Assembly (NCBI RefSeq): GCF_963506605.1
Contig: NC_083276.1
Coordinates: 84,630,001-84,694,000, forward strand
Length of the DNA: 64,000 nt
Source of the DNA: Zootoca vivipara
Lineage: Eukaryota
Direction: 5' to 3'
Part shown: in pieces, positions 1 through 13,012 of the stretch
Numbering within the stretch: position 1 is the first letter of the stretch
Layout: each line of letters opens with the position of its first letter
Notes under the pieces: generated by a model
The model's input: the letters and a program-made list of their open reading frames with translations, nothing else
Database searches by the model: none
Told to the model about the DNA's origin: nothing
Program-made: the position numbers and the translations under genes

Positions 1-57
1 TGCGGAAAGTGAAGGTGAATTCGGGTCCTGGGTGTGGTCTTGACCCGGAGGGCCCAC
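1..57 (-). CDS. DNAJB2: DNAJB2 copy 1, G/F-region exon (partial)
   Basis: ttcccccacag acceptor at 60-58, phase 1, [19 protein letters not shown]. Confidence 0.85.
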   Translation of the reverse strand, partial: MGPPGQDHTQDPNSPSLSA

Positions 58-3000
58 CTGTGGGGGAAGCAGAGACCAAATGTGAGCCTTTATTTTCCTC
101 ACACCAAGGCACTGGCTTACTGTTTACCAAGGTTAAGGCCGTGGCACCCTGGAGCGCCTTGAATGACGGCCGGGGTGCCACGGGCAATGTTGTTTTCTGT
201 CCCTCTTTTCTTCTCTCCCTCCTCTGATGCCCTCTTGCATCTCTGCCTCCCAAAGCCTTGCACAGCTGTTTGTTGCAGCAACCCTGGCTAAAAGCTCCCC
301 AAACAAATGGTGCCTCTGGAGCTGGCCAGGGGGTGCTTCCCAGGCCCCTGTGGGACAGTGTGAGAAGCCACCTCTCTTTGGGGCAAGGGCAGGACCTCCG
401 TTAGTTGGTCAAGGGAGCTGTGGACTCAGAAAGGTTGAAAACCTCTGGCTTAGGGGTACTGGATAACTAAAATCATTTACATCCAAGGCCCAGCAAACCT
501 GCAGCCTGCCAGCCAGCCATGCCTTGTTATGTCTGCAGCCCCTGGAAATACCCCGTATATACTCGAGTATAAGCCGACCCGAATATAAGCCGAGGCACCT
601 AAATTTACCCCCCAAAACTGGGAAAACTTACTGACTTGAGTATAAGCTGGTTCACCACACCACAAACCGGCGGAGGAGGAAGGAGCAGCCCCAAAGGGCT
701 GCTTTCATTTTTTTTAAACATAATTTTTATTGATTTTACAAATTACAAAAAAAAACGGTACATACATGAACACCTTTTCCACCTTCTTCCCACCCCCCTC
801 CATGGGTCCTCCCCTGCCACAGAAGTATCCCACGCAGGTGAACAGTCAGAGATGGTCCATTTTATGGTTGGATTTCTGTCCTCCTCCCCCTCCCCTGCCC
901 CAAAGCCCCCCCCCTGCCACCAGAGAGCTCCAGGAAATCAGGGCAGTACGCAGGAAGGCATCCATCCAACCATCTATTCTCATACCAAAAAGAATTAAAA
1001 AAAGAAAAAAGAAAAAAGGACAAAAAAAGAAGAAAAAAGTAAAAGAAGAAAAAAACAAAAATAATCTTTTTTTCCACTCATAATTAATAAACCATATTTT
1101 ATGGGCTTCCCCGACCTCCCCCCTTCCCCGGTTTTCGTCCCTTTTTTATCCTCTTCAACAGTTTCTTAATCTATAATATAATTACCTTTATACCTCATAC
1201 TATTTTAAAACTTGACTATTATCATTTTCACCGAATATCTAAATCACTAAAAAATCAAACTCCAATTTTTCTTCCCGTGCCTAATTTTTTTCCCCTCTAT
1301 AAGCCTCCATATTTTCACCTTTTTCCAAAATCAATTCACTTTTAAACTATAACTATTCCCAATCTAACCTTTCATCCCCAATTTCCGGCTCCAACCCTCC
1401 AATCCAGCAAGTTCCATAGTCAGCAGTCCAGTTTTAATCCTAATAATCCATCCTATCAATCACAACCCCGCTCTCCCTTCACCCCACCCCCTTTTTGCAG
1501 TATTTTGCCATCCAGGCCTCCATACAGCACCCCTGAGTTTCTTCTCTTCTCTGATTATTTTTTTCCTCTTCCCTGTGGGCATTCTGGAGTTCCAGTAAAT
1601 CCAATCGTACCCCCCTCAAAAGGAGGGCACTCCACATGACTTTTTGTAGAGTAAAATCGTCTTTTCTTTCATGGTGAGCTTCATTTTGTATTATATTATC
1701 ACAGTCATCGTCTTCATCTTTTCGTTCCAAATCACAGTCCCCATCATTGTCAAAATCCTCCAAATCTCTGTCACTATCATTCTCACACTCATCCTCCTCA
1801 GTTTCAGTAGCTTCATCCTCTAAGAACTCATATTCCGCCATCACCATCTGGAATTGTTGCTTTAACTCTTGCTGTTGTGTCTCATCTTGACATAGTCCTA
1901 TTCTTACTTCCCACATGATGGTCAAAACAGTCCGCTGGAACTCAGGCGAATACCTTTTTGTTGACATAGTTCAATCCTGGTTACAATCTTCAATCCTGAA
2001 GAAGTGTGCATGCACACGAAAGCTCATACCAAAATAAAAACTTAGTTGGTCTTTAAGGTGCTACTGAAGGAATTTTTTTATTATAGTTCAATCCTGTCAA
2101 GGTCAAAACTTGTCACATGGGGTGGAAAATGGTCACAGTTTATTTTCTCGACTCCATTTTAACAAGCTGGCTGCATTCTCCGAATCTTAATACATAGAAG
2201 TAAAGTCCAAACTCATATTTCAAAAGCATATAAACCAAAAAATTCCAAAAAGTCCAAAAATAGAAATAAAAATAAAATTCCACTTATAAATCCCGATCAG
2301 CTCACTGGGTTGTCTGGGCTGCCGGCTCCCGGGGAAAAGAAAGGTCTTTCTGGATCTTTTCCTCTTTCTGCAGGGTATTCACGTCCCCAGTTTTTCTCCC
2401 CTTTTACCCTGCATCTAGGGGAGATCCTCTTTGATGCCTTTGAGGGAACCTTTTAAATTAAAATCTTCTGTTTACGGCTTCGGGTTTCTATTTACTGTTT
2501 CTTAAATTGCCGGTGGGGGGGGGTGGCTTCCATTTTTTTTCCTCTCTCCCAAATCCAAATTAATTTGTAATCCAAATTTTGAAATTACTTACAGTCTTGT
2601 TTCCTAATTATTTTTTCAAAAGAATCCAGCGCTCTCCGCCTTCGGCTTGAAGCTTCTCTCCGCTAGGGTAACGTTGTCGTTCAAAATGGCCCCCACGACT
2701 TCTACCCTCCTCGCTCCGGAGCTCTTATTAGAGCTTACCGGAGAGTTGGGGAGTCCGGATTGGGGCTCTGCCGAACAAAATTCGCCCCCGGGACGCTCTT
2801 CCCGGGGTTCTAAGGGGCGCAGCGTCGCTCTCGCTGCCCTCCCCACTCCTAGCAGAGACGGGTCGCCTCGGAGACGAGACGAAACCCCGCCGATCGGCGC
2901 TGGCGCTGAACCGGAAGCCCCCCAAAGGGCTGCTTTCAGGCTGCTCGTTCCTCCTCCGCTGCCTTTGCCGCTGTCGGAAATGCGCTTGGGTGGGACCCTC

Positions 3001-3679
3001 ACTCAAGTATAAGCCAAGGGGGGCTTTTTCAGTATTAAAAATGTGCTGAAAAAGTCGGCTTATACTCAAGTATATACGGTAGTTTAATCAAGCACTGATT
3101 CATGGGTCAAAAGCCACAAAAGGGCTACAGAGCTGGACAAACCCATTTTACAGAACAGAAAAACAAAACTTAAGAATCGCAAAAAAAGGGCTGTTTGGGC
3201 CATGAAAGGCCTAACTGCGCCACAGCTGCTTTGGTTTGGAACTGACAAGGCAGCCAAGATCTCAGTAGTATTCTGCTCCCCAAAAAGTTACCCAACTCTG
3301 CAAATTTCTCCCAGGAAATTTCTCCCTGTGAAAGTCGCTCAATCACACTGCTATGACAACAGCTAAAGTAGCTAATGCAGAAGGCCTGTGTGTTTCTGAG
3401 CTGCACATAAGCTATCTGCTGCCGTCTTTGTTCTTGCCCTCTTGGCAATGCAGAAATCTGCTTTGAAACCGATCCTGGTTTTTGATGATATTTGTCAGGA
3501 TAACCCAAATCCTGATCAAGCTCCTTACCTTGACCCATGAGCCCATCTTTGCCATATCTGTCATAGACTTCACGCTTGCTCTCTGAAATCAGAAAACACC
3601 TGAGTTAGATAGTTGCCCCCCAAAAAGAGGTGAGGCTCAAGCAGACATGTCTGCCATTGACTTAGTTGGGACACGGTTG

Positions 3680-3714
<35 letters not shown>

Positions 3715-6700
3715 CTGCGGGGCAGGGAATGCTACTGAGTCCTTCCTTGTCTACCCAACGCTAGTCCTACCTGGGTTAATAATTAGGAGTAATTTGCATA
3801 GCGTGCTCAGAAAACATTGCATTATTTCAGAAAAAACTTGCAACAACTGTGAGAAGTCAGCCAGCAAAATTGGGATCATATTACAGCTAGGGGCTGAGAG
3901 AGAAAACAGTTAATGAAACACACCTTCCATTTAGTCTATCTTAAAAGGCTCTCATTTCAAAGGAAGCCCAATCTTCCACGGCCAATTGTCCCACAAGGCT
4001 TAGGTGGGTGCTCTCGACTTTACCTCTCAGCTTCTAGTTCCATTATTACAGGGGTGGGAAACCTTCTTGGCTCCAGAGCCCAGACACTGGAGATTTTGCC
4101 ACAGGGCCCAATTTGACAGGTGGACCGAACAACTGGCCAGCCAATCACATGACATAATGATGGCATCACGTGTCTGACAGGAGGGTGGGGCTGACACCTG
4201 TCAAAATTCTTCCCAGAGCTTTGGGGAAGTCATTCCACACTTCAGCTTTAAACACAATGTGGGAGGTTTAAAAGAGGAATCGTGTTGGAAGGGACACCGA
4301 GGGTCATCTAGCTGAATCCACTGCAATGCAGGAATCTCAGTTAAAGCATCCATGACAGGTGGCTTAAAAACCTCCAAGGAAAACAGGAACATGAAGAGAC
4401 TTGCAACGCACCCTTCGAAGCAGTCTCCACCCACTCATTTAAAGATACTTTAAGATGCCTTAGCTTGCTAGTGCTCTGCCTCTGCTTGAAAAACGTGCCT
4501 CTTATTCTCCCTTCTCTGCTTTGTTTTATTTTGGTAAATAAAAATGGCAGCTGGGGGGAGGCAGAAACCTCCCACCAACCCCAGGCAGTATGGCCAAAGG
4601 TCTGGGCTTACAGGAGCTGTTGCCCAACCATATCTTGATGGCCACAGGTCCCACATCTGCACCTTAACCCTGTGAATAAAACTCTGCGCTCCTCCTCTTT
4701 TTCCTTCTCTTACAAGGAATAGGAAATCTCCTCAGTCTCCAGAAACAGCCCTCAACCAAGGCCAAGACCCTACATGAACCAAAACAGCCTGAGGGAAAGA
4801 AAGGGGGAGGAGAGAGTCGATGCTTACTGTCCGATAGCACTTCGTAGGCTTCTGCTATCTCCTTGAACTTCTGCTCCGCATTTTCCTTGTTATCTGGGTT
4901 TTTATCCGGATGCCACTGCAAGGCTTTTTTCCTGTACCTGTTTGACAACAAGACAACCATTATAGCTTGGTGTATATTTTTTTATAGGCCCTGACAAAAA
5001 CCAAGGCCACAGACAACTTCTCTCTCCCCTCACACTGGTCACATACTGGCCTACATTCATCCTCTTATAATTAGAAGCAACCCTGCACACACACCTTTCT
5101 GCTTATGTAGACATTCTGCTTCTGTGGGAAGAGAGCTTCAACACGTGGGTCTAAATGATCCTCATTTGCTTCCAGGTGAATCTAGACTCCTCTCTGTTCC
5201 CACAGGAGCTGATAGCAGTTGATGGCCACCGCAGATGAAGCTCCAGCTCAACTAAGAGTGGTTATCAGTCATTGTTCTGCCATCTGTCCTCCACGAGGGG
5301 GCACTTCACTCCCGCAGTAGCACAAAACCCACAAAATTAAAGGTGAAAGCCAATTTACGGGTCCTTGGCTTTTCAAAGGCAAGTAGGTTGCTGCACTTCC
5401 AAAACAGGATCCATGGAGTCTCTTTCACACAGGAAGAGCAGGCAACAAGCCTGGAGATTTGCTCACCTGATAACTTGCTTCATGGGAGGCTGAGGAACAA
5501 GGGTTTCTACAATACCTCTCTCCTGTTACAGGTGTGCTGCTACCTTAGGGCACCTCCAGCTTGCACTAACACAAGGAGCAGAGTGGAGGCGTTCCCCTAA
5601 GGGGAAATTTTGGGCCAAAGGGCTCTTGGACCCTACAGCTTTCATTATACTGCAGTGCCACAAAGATCTCCTGGCACAGCACTAAGTGTCGACACGTTCT
5701 CCCTCTATTCCACCTCTGGAGTGCAGACCTTCCTGTGCTCATTCCAAAAACAAAAGCACCCCTACAAACAGCTCATCCCTCTCCATTCAATTATCTTCCT
5801 GTAAGGTGGGTTAAAAACAATGCACGAAAAAGGCTGTTCTTGTGTTTTTTTTAAAGTTTTACTTCTAGTAGATTCCTCATTTAAAATCAAATCAAATCTG
5901 AATCTTCACACAAGCTGCACAAGGTTTTGGATCAATCTCCAAGGCACTATTTAATAGCACATCAACATGCTTTAACAGTTATGACAACCAATCAGCATGT
6001 GCTTTGGTTTTCGGAAAATATACAAAATGTAGTTTGGAAACTGAATTTAAATACTTATGTTGATCTGTTCTCTTGGCAACCTAAAGCCTCCTTTTTATAT
6101 GCTATTGCTATAGTATTCTTACAGAGGTTTGTGAACGTTAATTAGGCAGCAGAGGGAAATTAGACAAACATAATATAAATCATCCCTCAATCGCAGGAAA
6201 GAAGAATTTTCAGTATTTGGCAACTAAGTACCTGCATAAGTGTGCTCTGGTTCGCCAGAAGCGGCTTTGTCATGCTGGCCACATGACCTGGAAGCTGTAT
6301 GCCGGCTCCCTCAGCCAATAACACGAGATGAGCACCGCAACCCCAGAGTCGGTCACGACTGGACCTAATGCTCAGGGGTCCCTTTACCTGCACAACAGCC
6401 CCAAGAGCTAGAAAAGATTCTCAGTACATTAGACCTGAAACTAGTAGCTACCAGGTTCTCCACAGGAAAACTAGGAGCTCGAGTGGAACCAAAAGATGGA
6501 AGCAGAAAGGGGGGGAGGACCCGAAGCACTGGCAAAATGCAGTGCCCAAGGCTAATCAGAGTCCAAGGCAAAGTTGGCAGTACAACTTACTGCCACAAAG
6601 CCACCCTGTATCCCCCTAACACTGGGAAACGCAGCGTTCTGAGTGCTCACTATTCTTGCCATAAACTTAAACAGGCTGCCCTCCACTAAACTGTGGCCGG

Positions 6701-6892
6701 GTACGCTGTGCCACCACATCCACATCTCACAGTCACACTCATAACCACCACACCAGGCACTAGGTTAGAAAAAGGTACCTTCCAGCAGTCAGTAGCCTTA
6801 GTTAGAAATGGAGAGAACGCAACTTACGCCTTTTTGATGTCATCCGGTGAGGCGCCACGGGGCACCCCCAGCACTTCATAGTAATCCACCAT
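1..6892 (-). CDS. DNAJB2: DnaJ homolog subfamily B member 2 (copy 1, probable ortholog), 5' part; continues beyond the left edge
   Basis: Coding exons 6892-6828 (65 nt, [22 protein letters not shown]), 4937-4828 (110 nt, [36 protein letters not shown]), 3582-3529 (54 nt, [18 protein letters not shown]) and 57-<1 ([19 protein letters not shown]). All have GT-AG boundaries and consistent phases. HPD is intact and FTFTFR matches DNAJB2. Confidence 0.88.
708..2919 (-). mobile_element. 2.2-kb non-autonomous L1-type retroposon
   Basis: 19-bp TSD ccccaaagggctgctttca (689-707 and 2920-2938); CpG-rich 5' end starting GGCTTCCGG; AATAAA plus A-tail at the 3' end; no RT; acidic 162-aa ORF 1479..1967. 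Confidence 0.75.
1980..2082 (+). mobile_element. Penelope-like terminal fragment
   Basis: ctgaagaagtgtgcatgcacacgaaagctcatacc...gttggtctttaaggtgctact, flanked by a 14-bp duplication atagttcaatcctg (1966-1979 and 2083-2096). Confidence 0.65.
3529..3582 (-). CDS. DNAJB2: DNAJB2 copy 1, J-domain helix IV exon
   Basis: 54 nt, tttcag acceptor and gtaagg donor, [15 protein letters not shown]. Confidence 0.9.
3681..3711. repeat. (CA)n microsatellite
   Basis: Direct observation. Confidence 0.95.
4828..4937 (-). CDS. DNAJB2: DNAJB2 copy 1, HPD exon
   Basis: 110 nt, caaacag acceptor and gtaagc donor; lies within ORF 4664..4960. Confidence 0.92.
6241..6389 (+). mobile_element. Sauria SINE, 3' half
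   Basis: Matches the full copies in the window; ends ggggtccctttacct. Confidence 0.8.
6828..6892 (-). CDS. DNAJB2: DNAJB2 copy 1, first coding exon
   Basis: ATG at 6892 in cacc-ATG-G context; donor gtaagt at 6827-6822; acceptor tttgcag ending at 6912. Confidence 0.9.
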
Positions 6893-8069
6893 GGTGCCCA
6901 AATGTGCTACCCTGCAAACCTAGAGTAAGAAGGAAAAGTTAGTATAGCACACCTCTGCTGGGCATTACCCAAGCTAACACCATCCGAATTATAATAGCCC
7001 TCCCACCCACCCTTTATCGCCGGTCAGAATCTACAACGGAATGGTTGTGTCAAGAGTCATGTAGTAACACATCAAAAGGGTTCATGGATACACCCAGACC
7101 AAGATCTTTGCCGTTCCTGAGCCCTTAAAACAACTGGTACAAGTGCAGCAGGGAAGGGTGCACAACTCTAATGTGAGAAAAACAGAATCCATCAGGTGTA
7201 GCCAACCAAGGATTGGCCATCAGCTGCTCTGGCAAAGTCAGGCATGTCTGGAAAAGGGATTCTTGTGAGCTGCCAGAAAACGCCACATCCCAACAGTGTC
7301 TTCCTTCTTTCCAAGCTGCTTCACACACGATGGACATTAGTTGATTCACAGTTATTTTGATTATGTGTAACCATGATGTTCCCAATGGCACGATAGCCAT
7401 ACTTTCTTCTCCTACACACACCTCGACTATATACACCATAAGAAATCAGTGCTTATCAAACAAACAAAACACCTAAGCCTAGAAAAATGGATAAAAAGCA
7501 ATAGGTGTGGCTTTTGCACATTCTAAGGAAAATAATAAGGGACGTGAAAGATCCACATATGCGCTTGCTATATATGCACTGTAAATAAATGTCCAGTCAT
7601 TTAAAGAGAAGGAAGAGGGATCTAAAAAGTGCATAGAAAGAGATGTGAACATCCAGGGAGGGTGAGAATGCCTTCTCTCCCCCCCTCTCTCTGGACAGGG
7701 AAGCTCCATTTTTTTGAATGAGTGCTTAAGCTTCCACCCACTCAAAACGTGTATTGCAAAGATTTCTATTTAGGACAATCTACATTAATAGAGAATGAAG
7801 TGTATGCTTTGGATGTATACAACGCTCAGATACAAGCTGCATTTCCACACCCAGAGGGTGCTGTCATCTTTTATGAAAGGGCCTTCCCTGCTGGTGAACT
7901 GCTGCTAATCTTTTGGTGACATCTGATCTAGTTTGGAGAAACTAGAAGCAACTAGCCTATGTGTACTGTCCTTTTGACCTGGTCCCAATCTTCTAACTGT
8001 GCCACACTTCCAGCTACAGTTATAACAGTGCAAACCTTTGCATATCTACTCAGACCTAAGTACCATTGT

Positions 8070-8818
8070 TTAAGGAGACTTACTTCCAGGTAAATGCAAA
8101 CAGGAATCCAGCCTAAGGTTTTTGAAGCTGCAAATAATAGAAATTACCCCAGAATTGGCCCTACTAAACATCTTCCAAGATAATAATGCCCATTTAGACC
8201 ACAAAGACCTCATAACCCACCTACTTTCAGCAACCAGAAATATCATAACCAGACATTGGAGAGACCAGTCAGGAATAAGCATGGACCAATGGTACCAAGT
8301 AGTATGGGAAACAGCCTTACTAGAAAAACTAACCAACAAGCTGAAACTGGCACGGGGACAAATAGAAGAGGATGCCTTCACCCTGGTATGGTTCCCCTTT
8401 ATCACACACACAGCCCAACAAGATAATGACAAAAATTTACCGCCGGCATATAAATCAGTATGGCTAACCTGACCCAAAACACCCACCCACCCCACACACA
8501 CATGAAAACAAAGACCATCATAGCCAACAAATGAACAACCACACCCTTGGCCAACCCCAATCTCTCACCATCAAAAGAACACAAGCAAATAAAGGAGTAC
8601 CAACACAAAAAAGCTGACATCAAGCCCTACATATATTAAGCAAAACAGAGACATCGTCACCTAATCCCACCCCCTATCTACCTCGTTTTCCCTTTCTTCT
8701 TAGTGTCTTAACAAATGAAACTGATTTGCAAAAATGATACATGTTAAAATATGAGAGACACTGCACACACCTTTGTAATTCAAGAAATCTTTAATAAAAT
8801 TTTTTTTTAAAAAAAAAA
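8070..8818 (+). mobile_element. 5'-truncated L1-clade LINE (ORF2 C-terminus, 3'UTR, A-tail)
   Basis: ORF 8122..8472 (ATRNIITRHW...WETALLEKLT...VWFPFI) resembles the L1 ORF2 C-terminus; aataaa and polyA near 8793-8818. Confidence 0.7.
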
Positions 8819-11799
8819 CAACCACTGAGCCTCCTATTCTCTGACTATGGAAGCCTGACTTCAGCAAACATGGTCCACACATTTCCCAGCTTGGATCTAT
8901 AATTGCCATGACCTGGTGCTGCTGCTTTTGAAACAACTACTCTGCATAAACATTAGTTAGATGGATGACACTCCCTCTCATTGAAAAGTCTCTTCTTCCA
9001 GGATGGATAGATGGAAAGACATCTGGTTTTACAGGAATCACCTTAGGATGCTTATTGCTAAACCCATTCAGACATGCAAATAGAATAGGGTGGTACTCGA
9101 AAGAAGGTTTCTGAATGGCCCCTGCTTGGTTGCATCAGGATCTACCGGTAGGAGAGCTTGTTCCACTTCCAAAACTCTTCCTACAAAACCACAAGTGCAT
9201 AGCAACCCTGGCCCATGCCTCCTGGAGCCCAGACAGGTTTAGCAGCCCATGCTTCTAAACTCTCTGCTGGTTGGAGCCTTAGGCCAGATTCATATATGAA
9301 GAGTACTGCTTAAAACACAAGAAATGTTGCTTGTCTCCATATAGGAAGCTGCTTGGGTTATGTCAACCACAGATTGGGGATGAAATTGCCTCCAGCCAGC
9401 AAAGAGCTGCTTTGCAACCTAAAAGACCCATAGTGTGGAGATGCATCCACAACCCCACACTGTTGCTTGCACCATGGTTTTGGATTGTCAAGCAAAGTGG
9501 GGGGGGGGGGAATCTGTGAGCCTCCAGAAACCCCCAACATCTATCATCCCTAACCATCCGTTGCCATGGAGCCTATGAATCCGGGATCCATGGGGAAACT
9601 CTCCTACCCAAAGGCAACACTGAACAAGCACCTGAGCTGACCCAGACCCAGTGCACCCAAAAGGATGCTACTGGCCCATTGCCTTCCTCATTAAGTATCT
9701 TTATGCATTAAGCGGTTTAGCGGCCATTAAGTTTTAAAGAGATTAGGAGGCTGCAGGAGGAGCAAGAATAGCTACTGCAACAGCACTAAGACAGGAAAAC
9801 GACCAAGAAGGGTTTTCTGTCTCACAGTGTTGCAGCCCAGTTCTGAAGCTCAGCTTTACCTGCTGACCTGCAGATCGTTGCTTACCTGTTTGGATCATAC
9901 AAAAGGATGCTCGAGCATTTAACTCACAAGGAGAACTCCTGCAGGCTAGTGGCTATATGAATGATAAGAAATGAAATCGCAACCCCATGCTCTTTGCAGT
10001 TACAATGCAAAGATGTTCACTCTGTGGGGTTGTTTTTTAATGCTGATACTCATCAGCACTGACTCCTTTGAGCTCTCCAGTCTTGGGTTTTCAATTTATC
10101 AGATTCATGATACACCACTTCCTGTTGCCATTTCCTTTGTGGATCATCCACTCTTCTGTCAACGTGTCCTCCAAAATATAAACAAAATTGGAAGCTGGTG
10201 TGGAGATGACAGGGTGCCCCTTCACCTCTGAGTTGGGTTCTGCCTAAACTCTTTGACAGGGGTACCTTCCTTACCTCTACTTTGCTGGAACAGAAGAGGC
10301 AGAGAAGGCTTTTGCAATTGGGTGGTTTTCTTTTCTCCTCCTCTGGGAAAGAAGCAGAAAGACTCCACCTTAACATTGTTACACTAACCCCATTTCCACA
10401 TTAAAAATATTTCCCTTCTGCCCCGCCCCCAAGTTATGCAGAGACATTCCATTTGAGGTCACCCTCTGTCAAGAATGACTTTCCAACACCACCCTAAAAT
10501 ATGCAAACCAATACTAAGTACTGTAATATTAAGGACTCTGAGATCAGGGAGATGGGTTTCCAGGCCAAAGTATTTGACTTGAGACACTCTTCAGAACCTC
10601 ACCAAGTTCCCTTCCTCAGGAAAAAAGGGGGGGGCACCTTCCTACACCTTTCATTTCATTTGGCTTTTTATGGCACCAGCTCACTTCTTCAAAAGTTGCC
10701 CGAACGTAATATTCTCTTTCCTGCCTTGCCTAGTGCACATTTGTGTTTGAATCAAATTAAATCTGAATAAAATCGTCACCAACTCCCTGCCTTGTTCATC
10801 CCATCAAGCTGATCTTTTAAAACAACAAGTCCTCCTAAGGAGCTTCCACCGCCCCTTTCCATTTATCTCAATCAGCTGGTAGAATCCTACAATTTGGTTT
10901 GCAGCAGCCTGCAATCAGGGGCAGGCCTTCTCTAGAGCTCTCCTAGAAAGCGCGAGTGCTTTTGTTGCCGTTTCCCGGCGAAAATGCTTATTTGTCCCTC
11001 GCGGGGCTGGCTCTGGGCCCCCGCCTCCCCCTTTGTTTTGCGGTGCGCCACCGGATCAACAACAAGCACAACATCCGGCCGGTGAGAGAGACCGATCGCG
11101 TTTCAGTTTCTCGACTGTTCTAACAGCGCCTTTTCCCATAGCACTCATTTTCCTGCCGGCAGGAGAAAACAACCAACACGCATTCCGCGCAGGGCAGCAC
11201 CGGCGGGTTGCAAACGCCTCTTTTTCTGATGGCATTTTGGGTGGGGAAGAAACAGGCATGCCTAAAACTACCCACAGCCTCCCGGATCTTAAACCCTATT
11301 TTTGGACAGCGCGTTAGTTACTGCGGAACGAAACTCAGCTGCTCTCCCCGCGTAACGTATGTACACGCGCGCGCAACGCCCACCCGACACAAGAGCGTGT
11401 CTTGAAAGCGGGGATAACAGGGGTGGGTGATGCCACCCTTTGACCCTTCAGTCCTGCTAGATGCGGGTACGACAAGGCGATAGCAAAGGACCGAAATTGT
11501 TGTTTTTATTTATTATTCGTTGAATTTATATACCGCCCTTCTCCCGATGATCACAAGTGCGGTTTACAGTACAAAGACACGAAATAGGAAAAACAATACC
11601 CTCCCACCCCTCCTATAGAGGTAAAGCGGTTTTAAAATCGTATTGACAGCAAGCGCAACTTCGAAACACTTCTGCTGCTAGCTGCTAGAGATAGACCCTC
11701 GTCGGTGGGTCTGCAGACAGCCTCTAGCTAGCACTAGCAGGGAATCTGCCAGCTGCTCCACATTCCTATCTCGGGGATCCTAGAAAAGATCTGCATCTC

Positions 11800-12400
11800 C
11801 AGATCGCTTCATGCGGCCGCTCTCCCCTGGCCGTCATCTGCCTGACTGCCTCGCTTTTGTTTTATTGCAATGGCACCCGATGCTCCGAGAAACAAGCGGG
11901 CAGCAGGCAAGCCAGCAAGCAATCGTACCTCAGCGCTGGAGGAGGCTCCGTTCGGACTGCACCATGCTCCGCAGTTCCGCAGCCCCGCTCGCTTGGGACG
12001 CCAGTTTTTCGCCTCTCTCGCCTCCTGCTGCTGCGGCTGTCAAAGGAAGAGCGGAGGAGGGCCCCGGCCTGCAAGCCCCAGCTCGGCCCCGGGGACTGGC
12101 GCCGGCGCCGGCCAATGGAACGCGCGGCTCCATTGTGACGTCGGACCCTGCACTCTGAACCGGTGAGGTAAGGCGAGGCGGCCGCGGCCAACAGCTGCTC
12201 GAGGCTCCGGTGGAATTCTCTGGGGCGCGCTTGCGACGGGCGGCGCGTGGAGCCCCCTCCCGGCCCCACGCGGATGTGCGCTGCGACTCTGGTACGCCGA
12301 TGAACGCCCTTGTGGGTGGAAACATCTCGCAGCATCACAGGCTGCAACGCGTGCAGGACGCACTCTTACCTGGGAGTAAGGCTCGTCGAACTCCCTGGGG
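11800..12400 (-). promoter_or_regulatory. CpG-island promoter and probable non-coding first exon of copy 1
   Basis: GC/CpG-rich; CCAAT at 12112-12116; CRE-like TGACGTCG at 12136-12143; candidate minus-strand donor GAG|gtacga with exon end at 11929. Confidence 0.7.
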
Positions 12401-12520
12401 CTGACTTCAGAGTAGACACGTCTAGGGTTACACTGTCAGGCAGCCCTGGGTCTCAGGTTGCAGCTTTTCTGTCTGAACCTGATGCTCAGTGCTACATGAA
12501 TTTCATTCCCACTAGTGTTC

Positions 12521-12523
<3 letters not shown>

Positions 12524-12568
<45 letters not shown>
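12524..12568. repeat. (AAT)n microsatellite
   Basis: Direct observation. Confidence 0.95.
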
Positions 12569-12569
<1 letters not shown>

Positions 12570-12701
12570 TAAAAATCCTTCTGTACTAGTGCCACATTAC
12601 CATCCCTCTCTGCATAAAGAGTAGCAGACTGTTAAGTATTTTATTTTTCTAAACAACAAAAATACCCATGAAAAGAAAAACAGATTTAACAGCAAACCAC
12701 A

Positions 12702-13012
12702 GTTAAACCACAGAGCCTAGGGCTTGCCAACTGATTGGTGGTTCGAAACCCCAAGATGGGGTGAGCTCCTGCTGCTCAGTCCCTGCTCCTGCCAACCTAG
12801 CATTTCGAAAGCACATCAAAGTGCAAGTAGATAAATAGGTACCGCTCTGGCGGGAAGGTATACAGTGTTTCCGTGCGCTGTTCTGGTTCACCAGAAGCGG
12901 CTTAGTCATGCTGGCCACATGACTCCCTCAGCCAATAATGTGAGATGAGCCCCACAACCCCAGAGTCATCTGCGACTGGACCTAACGGTCAGGGGTCCCT
13001 TTACCTTTACCT
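12702..13012 (+). mobile_element. Sauria SINE
   Basis: tRNA-like head with ggttcgaaaccc B-box and (acctt)n tail. Confidence 0.85.

Larger units (their letters stand above)
553..3079. mobile_element. Non-autonomous Tc1/mariner-pogo (Tc2-like) DNA transposon interrupted by a retroposon
   Basis: TIRs ccgtatatactcgagtataagccgac and gtcggcttatactcaagtatatacgg, right end followed by TA. Confidence 0.8.

Noticed and set aside
9886-9938. Possible cassette 5'UTR exon of copy 1 (ctgcag...CAG|gtaagc)
   Set aside because: Splice-like motifs only, weak pyrimidine tract, no supporting homology
10925-10950. Possible heat-shock element (also ggaattctc near 12212)
   Set aside because: nGAAn units are not in correct alternating phase
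11811-12404. Overlapping ORFs in the CpG island
   Set aside because: Stop-poor GC-rich promoter sequence with no protein-family signal
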